A program made the translations under genes and the position numbers. From the NCBI GenBank assembly GCA_041690135.1, contig JAWLHY010000003.1:576001-640000 (forward strand): a stretch of 64,000 nt of DNA, given 5' to 3'. Under the pieces are notes generated by a model, which made no database searches, had not been told where the DNA came from, and saw only the letters and a program-made list of their open reading frames with translations. Shown here piece by piece: positions 49,844 to 59,107 of this stretch. Source of the DNA: Armatimonadota bacterium (lineage in GTDB: Bacteria > Armatimonadota > SYMT01). The first letter of the stretch is position 1, and the number at the start of each line of letters is the position of its first letter.

Positions 49844-50302
49844 TCAGGCCGTGGGGGGAGCGCGAGAAGGAGCGGAAGAGAGAGCTACCTGGGGTAGCGG
49901 GGGCTGGTCGCCAGAGGGAACGGCATGGGTCACCGTCGAGGGTGCCGGCCACGTGAGCCTCTGGGGCAAAACGGCCACGAAAGAGATGGCCGTGCTTAAA
50001 GGCGATAAGGATTCTCGAAGGGCCGCTGGTGCGGGGGACGCGGGCGCCTCGACGACGCAGCAGCAATTCCCCCGGTTAGCGGCCAGGACCTCCGGAGCGG
50101 AAGATCCGGCGGCGGGATCGCAGCAGCACCCACCGGCTTGCCCGGCGCCCGCCGTCAGCGTAAACTGGCGAGAGACCGCCTCGCCGGCCGCCATCCGCGT
50201 TCCGCAGGCGAGTGCGCGGACGGGGAACCCGGCAAGGGTGAAAGCCATTGCCAGGACCAGCGTCCACACCATCCAGCGGCGGCGATCCAGCGGAGTCGAC
50301 AT
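49844..50302 (-). CDS. Cys-rich exported leader protein with C-terminal RAPP (DUF2946/arrest-peptide-like)
   Basis: Hydrophobic N-terminus, GCCC...NCCC, ends PSRAPPTA. Confidence 0.75.
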   Translation of the reverse strand: MSTPLDRRRWMVWTLVLAMAFTLAGFPVRALACGTRMAAGEAVSRQFTLTAGAGQAGGCCCDPAAGSSAPEVLAANRGNCCCVVEAPASPAPAALRESLSPLSTAISFVAVLPQRLTWPAPSTVTHAVPSGDQPPLPQVALSSAPSRAPPTA

Positions 50303-50348
50303 CGAAAACCCTGAGGAACGGAACGGCAGGAGCGCCGCCCACAACCGA

Positions 50349-50377
50349 AGTATACCCCCAAGGGGTATCTCCGTCAA
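50349..50377 (-). promoter_or_regulatory. Sigma70 promoter with overlapping CsoR/RcnR-type operator
   Basis: TTGACG-N17-TATACT on the minus strand; ATACCCC-CAA-GGGGTAT dyad at 50352-50368. Confidence 0.8.
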
Positions 50378-50445
50378 ACCCACGGGAAATTTTCTTTTCT
50401 CCTGCCCGTAGTGTGGGTAGGTAGGGCAAGCAGGAGGGAGACTGA

Positions 50446-51234
50446 ATGAAGGCAATCATCCTGGCGGCGGGCTATGCCATGCGCCTGCGGCCCCTTACCG
50501 AGAACTGTGCCAAGCCGCTGCTGCCCGTCGGCGGCAAGCCCATGATCGACTATCTCTACGAGAAGATCACCCAGGTGCCGGAAGTTGATGCAGTCCACGT
50601 GGTCACCAACCAGAAATTCACGGCCCAGTTCGAGGGGTGGGCCCGGAACCATCAGCATCCGCTGCCGATTACCGTTCACAACGACGGCACCCTGAGCAAC
50701 GATGACCGGCTGGGCGCCATCGGCGACATCCAGTTCACGATTGAGCGCGGGAACCTGGCGGGCGACGACCTGTTGATCATCGCCGGGGACAACCTTTTCG
50801 ATTTCAGCCTCACCGACTACGTGGAGTTCTGGAAAAGCAAGGGGGACGGAAGCTGCATCGCGCTCTACCGGTGCGGAAGCCTCGACCTGGTCCGCGAGTA
50901 CAGCAGCGTGGACCTGACGGAAGGGGACCGGGTCGCGGCGTTTACGGAAAAGCCGGCGAACCCTACTTCGGACCTGGTCGGCATCGCGACCTACATCTAC
51001 CACCGGCGCCACGTGCCGCTCGTCCGGCAATACCTGGAGGAGGGCAACCCGCCCGATGCCCCAGGGAACTTCATTGCCTGGCTACACCGGCGGGAACCCG
51101 TCTACGGCTACGCCTTCTCGGGGGAATGGCTCGACATCGGCTCCCACGAACAGCTCCTCGCCGCGGATAACCGCATGCGCCAGCGGAACGGCCTCCCACC
51201 CCGCGCCGAGTACGACGCGGCGGACTGCTCATAG
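50446..51234 (+). CDS. Sugar-phosphate nucleotidyltransferase family protein
   Basis: IILAAGYAMRLRPLT..AKPLLPV, AGDNLF, WLDIG. Confidence 0.9.
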   Translation: MKAIILAAGYAMRLRPLTENCAKPLLPVGGKPMIDYLYEKITQVPEVDAVHVVTNQKFTAQFEGWARNHQHPLPITVHNDGTLSNDDRLGAIGDIQFTIERGNLAGDDLLIIAGDNLFDFSLTDYVEFWKSKGDGSCIALYRCGSLDLVREYSSVDLTEGDRVAAFTEKPANPTSDLVGIATYIYHRRHVPLVRQYLEEGNPPDAPGNFIAWLHRREPVYGYAFSGEWLDIGSHEQLLAADNRMRQRNGLPPRAEYDAADCS

Positions 51235-51615
51235 GAACCGTACCCGCTTCCCCAGCCGTGCAGATCAACGTCCTGGTGGGTCGTTCGCAAGTGCCGGTTA
51301 TCAGTACCCGACCTGTCTCGCGGGCTCCCGTGGGCGTGGCTTCTGGTAACCGGAACGGATCCTGTGCTTGCACCGGCGGAAGTAGAGCGGGTAGCTCCGT
51401 CACCGCCGGGCCCTGACATTGTACCCGTCGTGCCGTGTGGGACGCCGCTAACTCTGGGGCAGGACCCGCACGGCAAATCACCCTGTAACATCCGCTCCTA
51501 TCCCGCAAGGCGGTGGAGCACGTCGTCATGAATCCGAACCGGGTTGAAGATCGATGTCGCCCATCGCCTGGCGGTTCCTATGAACTGATGCTCGGACAAC
51601 CTAGCCTTCGGGAGG

Positions 51616-52458
51616 TCAGGGTTCGATGCCCAACTCCCGGAGCTTCGCGGCGAGGCGTTCGGCCCGTTCTCGTTCGGCTTCGGCCCGCTCCCGTTCGGCA
51701 TCGGCCCGCTGGCGCTCGACCTCCGCCCGCTCTCGTTCCAGGCGGGCCTGTTCCGCACCTGCTTCGCCTGGGGTCGGGAGGAGACGGCCGTCGGGATAGG
51801 CCCAGCGGAGCCAGTCCGCCTCGACACCCTGGTAGCTGCCGCGCCATCGGACCAGCGCCAGTCCGAGAGGATGACAGGGCAGGCGCCCTTCCCCATCCGC
51901 TTCCACGGGGAGATATACCCCGTTCTGGAGCTGGAAGCCGGCCAGTTCACCAGACCAGGGATCGTAGTAAAAATAGCCCGGCACGCGCAGCTCGTTCTGG
52001 TAGACCAGCTTCTTCTCCCCGCGGTCGACATCCGCGGTCGTGCGCGACAGCAACTCAATGACGACGTCCGGCACGCGTCCTTCCTGCCACACGACCCAAC
52101 TCTTGCGTTCCCGGTGCGGTACGCCGAGCACCACGAACACGTCCGGACCGCGGAAGTGCCGGTTGCGAAGCTGCTCCTCACTGAAGTAGACGAACATGTT
52201 CCCGCCGACGAAGAAGTCGTCCCGATCCGCCCAGGCGAGCCGCAGCGGTTCCATCAGGAGATGCATCTGCTCGACGTGGCGCCAGCTTTCCATCGGTTCT
52301 CCGTCGCTGTAGGGAAGATCGTCCTCGGTGGGCAGGCGCACCCCTTCCGGCAGGCCGTTCGGTCCCGGCGGAAGATCATCTTCCATCGGCATTCGAATGA
52401 ACTTCGAGCGCTTCGGTGTCTCCGCAGCGGGTTGGGGCGCGGGAATCTCGACAGCCAT
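51616..52458 (-). CDS. Uma2 family (DUF820) protein
   Basis: LPYSDGEPMES, GPDVFVV, PDVVIELLS, coiled-coil tail ending LRELGIEP. Confidence 0.9.
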   Translation of the reverse strand: MAVEIPAPQPAAETPKRSKFIRMPMEDDLPPGPNGLPEGVRLPTEDDLPYSDGEPMESWRHVEQMHLLMEPLRLAWADRDDFFVGGNMFVYFSEEQLRNRHFRGPDVFVVLGVPHRERKSWVVWQEGRVPDVVIELLSRTTADVDRGEKKLVYQNELRVPGYFYYDPWSGELAGFQLQNGVYLPVEADGEGRLPCHPLGLALVRWRGSYQGVEADWLRWAYPDGRLLPTPGEAGAEQARLERERAEVERQRADAERERAEAERERAERLAAKLRELGIEP

Positions 52459-52773
52459 AGTTGGTACTTCGCTTCCGGTGTCGCAGGGAGTCAGCTCCCT
52501 CCTTATTCTACATTCAAGGCCCGTCGTCTGCATGCTACCCGGCGCTTTGAAGGGATACATCAGGTTCTACCCTCACTCGCGATCCCATGCGGTTGCAACC
52601 TGGACCCTTCAACCCGTAACCTTCAACCCCTGGCCCCCGAGGGGGCTTCAACCACCCCCTGCCGCTAAACCGCACCCGCTTCGAGGTTTCTCGGGGGATC
52701 TCAACGGTTTTCCTGCGAACTCCGGCGCCCGGTTGCCGTCAGAGGACAGTGATCTACGGCGACGAGGACTCTG

Positions 52774-54498
52774 ATGAAAGACCCCTGCAACTTCGAATCG
52801 CGGTGCGCCACGGCCCGGCCGGGCCACGAATTGGCCCGGCTGAACCGGCGGACGCTGTTACAGCGGACCGCGACCGGGGTGGCGGGGCTCACCTGCGCCG
52901 ATTTCCTCCGCTTCTTCCTGCAGAACGGGATGCCCTATCCCGGCCGGGACGCGGTAATGGCGGCCGAGGCGTCCCAGGCCGCGCGGGAGCCGCGGTTCCT
53001 GATCTACTGGTACATGGAGGGCGGCTGGGAGTCGTACGACATGTTCAGCCCGGTAATGACCCCCAACCACATCTTCCAGCGGTTGGACGATCTCTCCAAG
53101 GAGCGGTACCGGGTCCTCAACTGGGGCAAACCGGGGTACGGTATCTACAAGCACGGCAACATCCGCTACGGCTACCTGGCGGAAAACGGCAAGCACCACT
53201 TCCCGGAGATGGCGGTGCTCAGCTCCATGCACACCGGCTCGTTCCACTCGGGCGAGCGGCTCATGGTGCACATGGGCAGCTACAACCTGAGGCTCCAGGC
53301 CGACCGGGAGGATGATGAACGCTCCGTGATGCAGGCGTTCTCGGAGGTGTATGGTCAGCCATATGTGCTCCCCAACCTCTCCTGGCACTACTGGCTCTCG
53401 GATGGGGAGCTGAACGAGGTCCAGTACACCGGACGCAAGGGCTACTACCACGCCCTCGGTCCCACGCACGCCCACAGCATCTACGCCGGCACGCCGGCCA
53501 ACCTCAAGCAGTTCCTGGTCCGGATGCGCCAGACCTCGAGCGACCCCGTGAACCGCGAGATCCAGAAGTTCCTGGACGACGCGCACCGGCTCTCGACGAG
53601 CGACCAGCACCTGGAAGCGGTCCGCAGCTACAACTCGGCCCGGCAGATCTACCTCAACCTCACCCAGCGCGGCCTCAAGCTGGATGAAAACATGCTCTCC
53701 CAGCTCTTCACCGACGCCACGCTGCGGGAGCGGTTCGAGATCAAGCCGGACGATGAGCTGCTCACCTACCGGAGCGTGAACGGCAACAAGGCCCGCACCA
53801 AGTTCGCGCCGCGGACCAACGTCCAGGCGATGATGACCTACGAGTTGATGCGCGCCGGCCTGAGCTGCGCCTTCTTCATCGAGACCCGCGACATCCGCAA
53901 GTTCGACAGCCACTTCACCCGCAAGAACCTCTGGGAGGCCGACCGCCGCACCCCGCGTGGCCAGCCGGACCAGACGCAGATGATGAACGAGGATCTCTGG
54001 AAGCCGCTGAACGCGCTGGTCGAGCTGTTGAAGAGTACCCCCTGCCCCGGCACGCCGGGCAAGAGCCTCTACGACGTGACCACCATCGTCCTCACCTCGG
54101 AGTTCGGCCGCACGATCCACGGTGAGGTGGACGCCATCCAGAAGATGAAGATCTCCGACCAGGAGAAGCAGGAGCTGATCGACGGCCAGGATATCTCCCA
54201 GCACTGGAAGGTGACCTCGGCGGCGTTCCTGGGGGGCCGGGTCAAGGGCGACCGCCAGTACGGCGGCATCGGCGAGAACACCCTGATGGCGATTCCGATC
54301 CTGCCCGACGGCAGCATGGATCCCGCCTACGACCCGAACACCGGCGAGCTGAAACCAGGCGCCCGCAAGGACCCGAAGTCGTGGATCCCCAACCACGGCG
54401 ATGTCTACGCGACCGCCCTCTACCTCTCGGATATCGACCCCAAGGGCCGCGGCCGCAACGACCGGGGACCGCTGAAGTTCATCAAGAAGGGCGCCTGA
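52774..54498 (+). CDS. Divergent DUF1501-like protein
   Basis: RRTLL leader, EGGWESYDMFSP, FDSH, TSEFGRT. Confidence 0.75.
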   Translation: MKDPCNFESRCATARPGHELARLNRRTLLQRTATGVAGLTCADFLRFFLQNGMPYPGRDAVMAAEASQAAREPRFLIYWYMEGGWESYDMFSPVMTPNHIFQRLDDLSKERYRVLNWGKPGYGIYKHGNIRYGYLAENGKHHFPEMAVLSSMHTGSFHSGERLMVHMGSYNLRLQADREDDERSVMQAFSEVYGQPYVLPNLSWHYWLSDGELNEVQYTGRKGYYHALGPTHAHSIYAGTPANLKQFLVRMRQTSSDPVNREIQKFLDDAHRLSTSDQHLEAVRSYNSARQIYLNLTQRGLKLDENMLSQLFTDATLRERFEIKPDDELLTYRSVNGNKARTKFAPRTNVQAMMTYELMRAGLSCAFFIETRDIRKFDSHFTRKNLWEADRRTPRGQPDQTQMMNEDLWKPLNALVELLKSTPCPGTPGKSLYDVTTIVLTSEFGRTIHGEVDAIQKMKISDQEKQELIDGQDISQHWKVTSAAFLGGRVKGDRQYGGIGENTLMAIPILPDGSMDPAYDPNTGELKPGARKDPKSWIPNHGDVYATALYLSDIDPKGRGRNDRGPLKFIKKGA

Positions 54499-54517
54499 GC
54501 GTAGTAGGACATCGAGG

Positions 54518-55891
54518 TCAGGCGAAAATCTCGCGGACCACGCTGCCGTACACATCCGTGAGCCGGAAGTCGCGGCCCCCGTGGCGGAAGGTGAGCTTCG
54601 TGTGGTCGAGGCCCAGCAGGTGGAGGATCGTGGCGTGGAGGTCGTGGATGTGGACCTTCCCCTCCACGGCCTCGTAGCCGTGCTCGTCGGTGGCGCCGTG
54701 GACATGCCCGCCCTTCACGCCCCCGCCGGCCAGCCACATGCAGTAGCCCTTGTTGTTGTGGCCGCGGCCGTCCTGGGTGGGATCTTCCGGGGTGCGGCCG
54801 AACTCGCCGCCCCACACCACCAGGGTATCCTCCAACAGGCCGCGCTGCTCTAGGTCCGCCAGCAGCCCCGCGATGGGACGGTCGATCTGCTGGCAGTTCT
54901 TCGGCATGAGCGTGCTGAGGAAGCCGTGATGGTCCCACTCGGTGTGCGTGATCTCGATAAAGCGGACCCCCGCCTCCGCGAACCGCCGGGCCAGCAGGCA
55001 TTGGCGCCCGAAGAGGTCCGTGGGGCCCTTGTCGATGCCGTAGAGATCGAGGGTGGCGTGCGACTCGCCGCCGAGATCCATCACCTTCGGTAGCTCCGCC
55101 TGCATCCGGAAAGCCAGTTCGTAGGACTGGATCATCCCCTCCACGCGCGGATCGGCAGTCTTCTCCGTCAGGTCACGGTTCATGGCCTGCAGGAGGTCGA
55201 GCTGCCGGCGTTGTCCGGTCTCGGTGATCCTGGGATTGGAGAGGTTGCCGAGCGCCAGGTTTTTGCTGGGCCGGTTCGCGTCGCCCAGGAGCGTGGCGGA
55301 GTACGCGGCGGGCAGGAAAGCGCTGCTGTAGTACCGGAGCCCGCCGAGCGCCGTGAGGGGATTGATGGAGATAAAGCCGGGCAGGCTCCGGTTCTCCGTG
55401 CCTAGGCCGTAAACCGTCCAGGCCCCCATGGAGGGCCGGACGAACTGGAAGCTGCCCGTGTGGAGTTGCTCCAGGGCCTGGGGGTGGTTCTCGTTGTCGG
55501 TGTGCATTCCCCGCAGCACGCACAGCTTGTCCGCGTGGCGGCCGGTTTCCGGGAGGAGCTCGGTGACCTCCAGCCCGCTCTGCCCGTGCCGCTGAAACTT
55601 CCAGCGCGCCCCGAGCAGCTTGCTGTTCTTGTTGCGGCCCGGCTTCCCGTGATCGACGGTAAGCCGCGGCTTCGGGTCAAACGTCTCCATGTGGGACGGC
55701 CCGCCCCGCATGCAAAGGAAGATCACCCGCCGGGCCCGGGCCGGAAAGTGCGGGAGCTTCGGCGCCAGGGGGCTCGGCGTCTCCCGCGCGGCGGCTTCCG
55801 CGGCCAGCCCGGTAAACGCCAGGTAACCGAAACCAGCCGAAGCGGCCTGCAGCAGCCGGCGGCGGGAGAGGGGTGCCTCATGGGAAAGCAT
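54518..55891 (-). CDS. DUF1501 domain protein
   Basis: GGPSHMETFDPKP, CLLARR, WDHH, GEFGRTP. Confidence 0.92.
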   Translation of the reverse strand: MLSHEAPLSRRRLLQAASAGFGYLAFTGLAAEAAARETPSPLAPKLPHFPARARRVIFLCMRGGPSHMETFDPKPRLTVDHGKPGRNKNSKLLGARWKFQRHGQSGLEVTELLPETGRHADKLCVLRGMHTDNENHPQALEQLHTGSFQFVRPSMGAWTVYGLGTENRSLPGFISINPLTALGGLRYYSSAFLPAAYSATLLGDANRPSKNLALGNLSNPRITETGQRRQLDLLQAMNRDLTEKTADPRVEGMIQSYELAFRMQAELPKVMDLGGESHATLDLYGIDKGPTDLFGRQCLLARRFAEAGVRFIEITHTEWDHHGFLSTLMPKNCQQIDRPIAGLLADLEQRGLLEDTLVVWGGEFGRTPEDPTQDGRGHNNKGYCMWLAGGGVKGGHVHGATDEHGYEAVEGKVHIHDLHATILHLLGLDHTKLTFRHGGRDFRLTDVYGSVVREIFA

Positions 55892-55928
55892 GGCGCGTGG
55901 GGGTCCTTTCAGGGTTCACGGGCTACGA

Positions 55929-58814
55929 TCACCGGAGATAGCGGAACTCTCCACTGGCAAACACCGCCTGGCATAAGCTGGTCCAGCGTTCTTTCCGCAG
56001 GTCTTCCGGGGTAGGCGGTATCTTCTGCTTTGGATCGGCCAAGAGCGACTCGGGCGCGTTCAGGTACTCCTGCGCTCGGGCCGTTTCCCCAGCATTGGGG
56101 TCTCGGCTGAAGGCGAGCCGGTAGAGGAGGCGCACGCGGTCGCCGTCGGTCAGCGACGAATCCCCCAACAGCCGCTCCGCCGTGTGCCGGGCCTGGGCAA
56201 TCACCCAGGGGCTGTTCATCAGGTAGAGCGCCTGCGAGGGAACCGTGCTCTCCTCCCGCTGGGCCACCGGGCGCTCCGGCGAGGCGAAGTCGAAGAGGCT
56301 GTAGATCTCCGGCAGCACGCCCCGGATCACCGGCAGGTAGACGCTGCGGTGCGGGTGCTCGATCTGCGGCGGCAGGATCACCGGCTGGAAGGTGCGGTAC
56401 TCGTCCTCCCGGCGCGGGTGGAACCGCGCGAGGAACGGTCGCTCCGGTGGGTTCGGATCGAGTTGACCGCTGACGGCCATGATCGCGTCGCGGAACACCT
56501 CCGCGTCCAGGCGGCGCGGGCTCATCCGCCAGAGATAGATGTTGTCCGGGTCCTTTTCCAGGTTCGCCGGCACCGCGTCCGTCGCCAGGCGATAGGTCCG
56601 GCTCAACACGATCTCCCGGATGAGGCGCTTGAGGGACCAATGATCGACGAAGGAGCTGGCCAGATAATCAAGAAGCTCCGGGTGCGAGGGCGGGGATCCG
56701 GTGACGCCGAAGTCGTCCGGGGTGGAGACAAGGCCGCGGCCGAAGAGGTGGAGCCACACGCGGTTCACGAACACGCGGGCGGTGAGCGGGTTCCGCGGGT
56801 GCGTCAGCCACTCGGCAAGTTGGAGACGGCCGCTGCCTGCGGGATCGGGGCTCGCGGCCCCGGAGAGGGAGATCACCTGCAGGGTGCCGCGGGGCACCTC
56901 GTTGCCGAGATTGGTGGTTTCGCCGCGCACGTGGACCCGGCAGTTCTCGGGCATTGCCCGCTCGCGCACGCCCATCGCCCAGGCCGGCTCCGCGGGTGGG
57001 CTGTCGATCAGGGCGTTCAGTTCATCCTGCAGCTTCTTGATCCGCGCGTCCCAGTCCCGGATCTCCGCTTCCATCTGGACGATGCTCTGCTGGAGCGCCG
57101 CCTGGTCCGCCCCCGGCTTCTGCAACTGGTTCTTCGCGTCGGCCACCCGGCGCACCACCCGGTAGCGGTCGGAGCGTGCGGTGTTGAACGCCAGGTTCTG
57201 GGCCTGCAGCTTCCGGTAGTACTCCCGCGCGGGTTCGGTCAGCCGCTCCGCGTCCGGTCCCAGTGGCTGAAGCTCCGTATGGTGGAAGGCCGTCGCCTTG
57301 ATCCCGCGTGGACCGTACCCGTAGAGCGTTTCCGTGCTCCGCAGGATGCCGGCGAGCGCGTAGTAGTCCTTCGTGGGGATGGGGTCGAACTTGTGGTCGT
57401 GGCAGCGCGCGCAGGCGATCGAAAGGCCGAGGACGGAGCGCCCGATCACGTCGATCTGCTCGTCGATCATGTCCATCCGGAAGACTTCCGGCTTCAACTC
57501 CTCGAACGATTTCGGTCCCATCGCGAGGAACCCGGTCGCGATCCGCTGCTCATCCCGCTGGGAAGGCGAACCTGCAGGCAGGAGGTCGCCGGCGATCTGC
57601 TCCCGGATGAAATGGTCGTACGGCTTGTCCGCGTTGAAGCTGTCGATCACGTAATTCCGGTACCGCCACGCGTGATACCAGAAGATGTTCCTGTCCCGCC
57701 CGTTGCTATCGGCGTAGCGGGCCGCGTCCAGCCAGTGGCGACCCCAGCGCTCGCCAAAGTGCTTCGACCCCAGCAGCCGATCCACCACCCGCTCGTAGGC
57801 GCGGTCCAGGTTCGGAGCCCCGCCACCCCCCGGGTGGTTAAAGTTCCGAGTTCCGCGTTCCGCGTTTCGAGTCGGCGCAGGTCCTGGACCTGGGTTTCCA
57901 GTCCGCGACGGCGGACTTGGGTTAGTCAACCGCGTGGTTTCAACCCGCGGCCCAGCCGGCTTCCGAGTTCCAAGACCACTGCCTTCCGCCTTCTGTCTTC
58001 TGCCTTCTGTTCCTGGTTCGGTCAGCCGCGCGAGCTTGCCCGTATGGGTTTCACCCCGCGGCGCGCATTCCTTGAGGAACTGTTCGACTTCCTCCGGAGT
58101 GGGCGGGATGCCAATCAGGTCGAAGGTGACCCGCCGGATGAGACTGCGAAGATCCGCCTCGCGGACCGGGCGCAGCTTCTGCTGTTCCAGCCGGGCCAGC
58201 ACGAACCGGTCGATGGTGCCGCGGGGCCAGGCCGTATCCCGGACGGCGGGAAGCCGGGGTACGGTAGGGGGCCGGAACGACCAGAACTTCCGGCCCTCTT
58301 CGACGGTCATCCCCTTCTTCACGGCCACCGTGGCGCCGGTGCGCGGGTCCGGTGCGCCCATCTTGATCCACTGCTCGAAGTCGGCGATCACCGGGGCCGG
58401 AAGCTTCCCGGCCGGGGGCATCTTCGGGGCCTTGCCGGCGTGGTGAAGGGTGCGGAGGAGCAGGCTCGCACCGGGTTCGCCCGGCACCAGGCTGGGGCCG
58501 CTCTCACCGCCCTTGAGGAGACCCTCCCGCGTATCGAGGGCCAAGCCCGCCATCAACTGATTTTGCTTCGCCGCCGCGGCGGAGTGGCAGGAATAGCACT
58601 GCTTCACCAGGACCGGACGGATCTTCGTTTCGAAGAAGGCGATCCCCGCCGGATCGGGCTTCTCCGCCGCTCCGGCGGGAGCAGGAGACATTCCCCCTAC
58701 CCATCCCGCTCCAAGAAGGCTGAGGAGCGCGCCACCGAGACGCCGGAATATGCGGGGAGAGCATGCGAGCGGCAACCGGTCTCGCTTCTTCGCTGTTTCT
58801 GAGCGGTCCTTCAT
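55929..58814 (-). CDS. Planctomycete cytochrome c + DUF1549 + DUF1553 protein
   Basis: FFETKIRPVL..CYSCH, GERWGRHWLD, CARCHDHKFDP, NPLTARVFVNR, PSHPELLD. Start uncertain. Confidence 0.92.
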   Translation of the reverse strand: MKDRSETAKKRDRLPLACSPRIFRRLGGALLSLLGAGWVGGMSPAPAGAAEKPDPAGIAFFETKIRPVLVKQCYSCHSAAAAKQNQLMAGLALDTREGLLKGGESGPSLVPGEPGASLLLRTLHHAGKAPKMPPAGKLPAPVIADFEQWIKMGAPDPRTGATVAVKKGMTVEEGRKFWSFRPPTVPRLPAVRDTAWPRGTIDRFVLARLEQQKLRPVREADLRSLIRRVTFDLIGIPPTPEEVEQFLKECAPRGETHTGKLARLTEPGTEGRRQKAEGSGLGTRKPAGPRVETTRLTNPSPPSRTGNPGPGPAPTRNAERGTRNFNHPGGGGAPNLDRAYERVVDRLLGSKHFGERWGRHWLDAARYADSNGRDRNIFWYHAWRYRNYVIDSFNADKPYDHFIREQIAGDLLPAGSPSQRDEQRIATGFLAMGPKSFEELKPEVFRMDMIDEQIDVIGRSVLGLSIACARCHDHKFDPIPTKDYYALAGILRSTETLYGYGPRGIKATAFHHTELQPLGPDAERLTEPAREYYRKLQAQNLAFNTARSDRYRVVRRVADAKNQLQKPGADQAALQQSIVQMEAEIRDWDARIKKLQDELNALIDSPPAEPAWAMGVRERAMPENCRVHVRGETTNLGNEVPRGTLQVISLSGAASPDPAGSGRLQLAEWLTHPRNPLTARVFVNRVWLHLFGRGLVSTPDDFGVTGSPPSHPELLDYLASSFVDHWSLKRLIREIVLSRTYRLATDAVPANLEKDPDNIYLWRMSPRRLDAEVFRDAIMAVSGQLDPNPPERPFLARFHPRREDEYRTFQPVILPPQIEHPHRSVYLPVIRGVLPEIYSLFDFASPERPVAQREESTVPSQALYLMNSPWVIAQARHTAERLLGDSSLTDGDRVRLLYRLAFSRDPNAGETARAQEYLNAPESLLADPKQKIPPTPEDLRKERWTSLCQAVFASGEFRYLR

Positions 58815-59107
58815 CCCCAACGCTATCCCCCGGTCGCCGGCATTTCCCACTGCCCTCTGTGACCCCGTGGAACGCTCCAGGTTTCGCGCGCCGATAGGCA
58901 CACTGCGGCAACTCTCTTCCAGCTTTCAGAGAGTGCGGCAGCGATCCCGTGCCGTCTATCACGACCAACGGGCGTGGCCGGTCTCCCAGCCGACGTAGGT
59001 TTACGCCCCGAGGGGGTGCGGGCGCCGGGTACCCACGAAGTGGGTGTGGGCAGTTGCCTCGTGTAGCCGCGAGTTCACTCGCCCAGCCGCACCGTATGCC
59101 TATGGCT

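Noticed and set aside
51502-51538. Resemblance to a 16S rRNA segment (CCCGCA..GCGGTGGAGCA)
   Set aside because: Short and mismatched with no flanking rRNA similarity; likely chance.
56184-58802. Very long antisense ORFs (also 29226-31496, 58949-60958, 3648-5534)
   Set aside because: Shadows of real genes on the opposite strand, expected in high-GC DNA.
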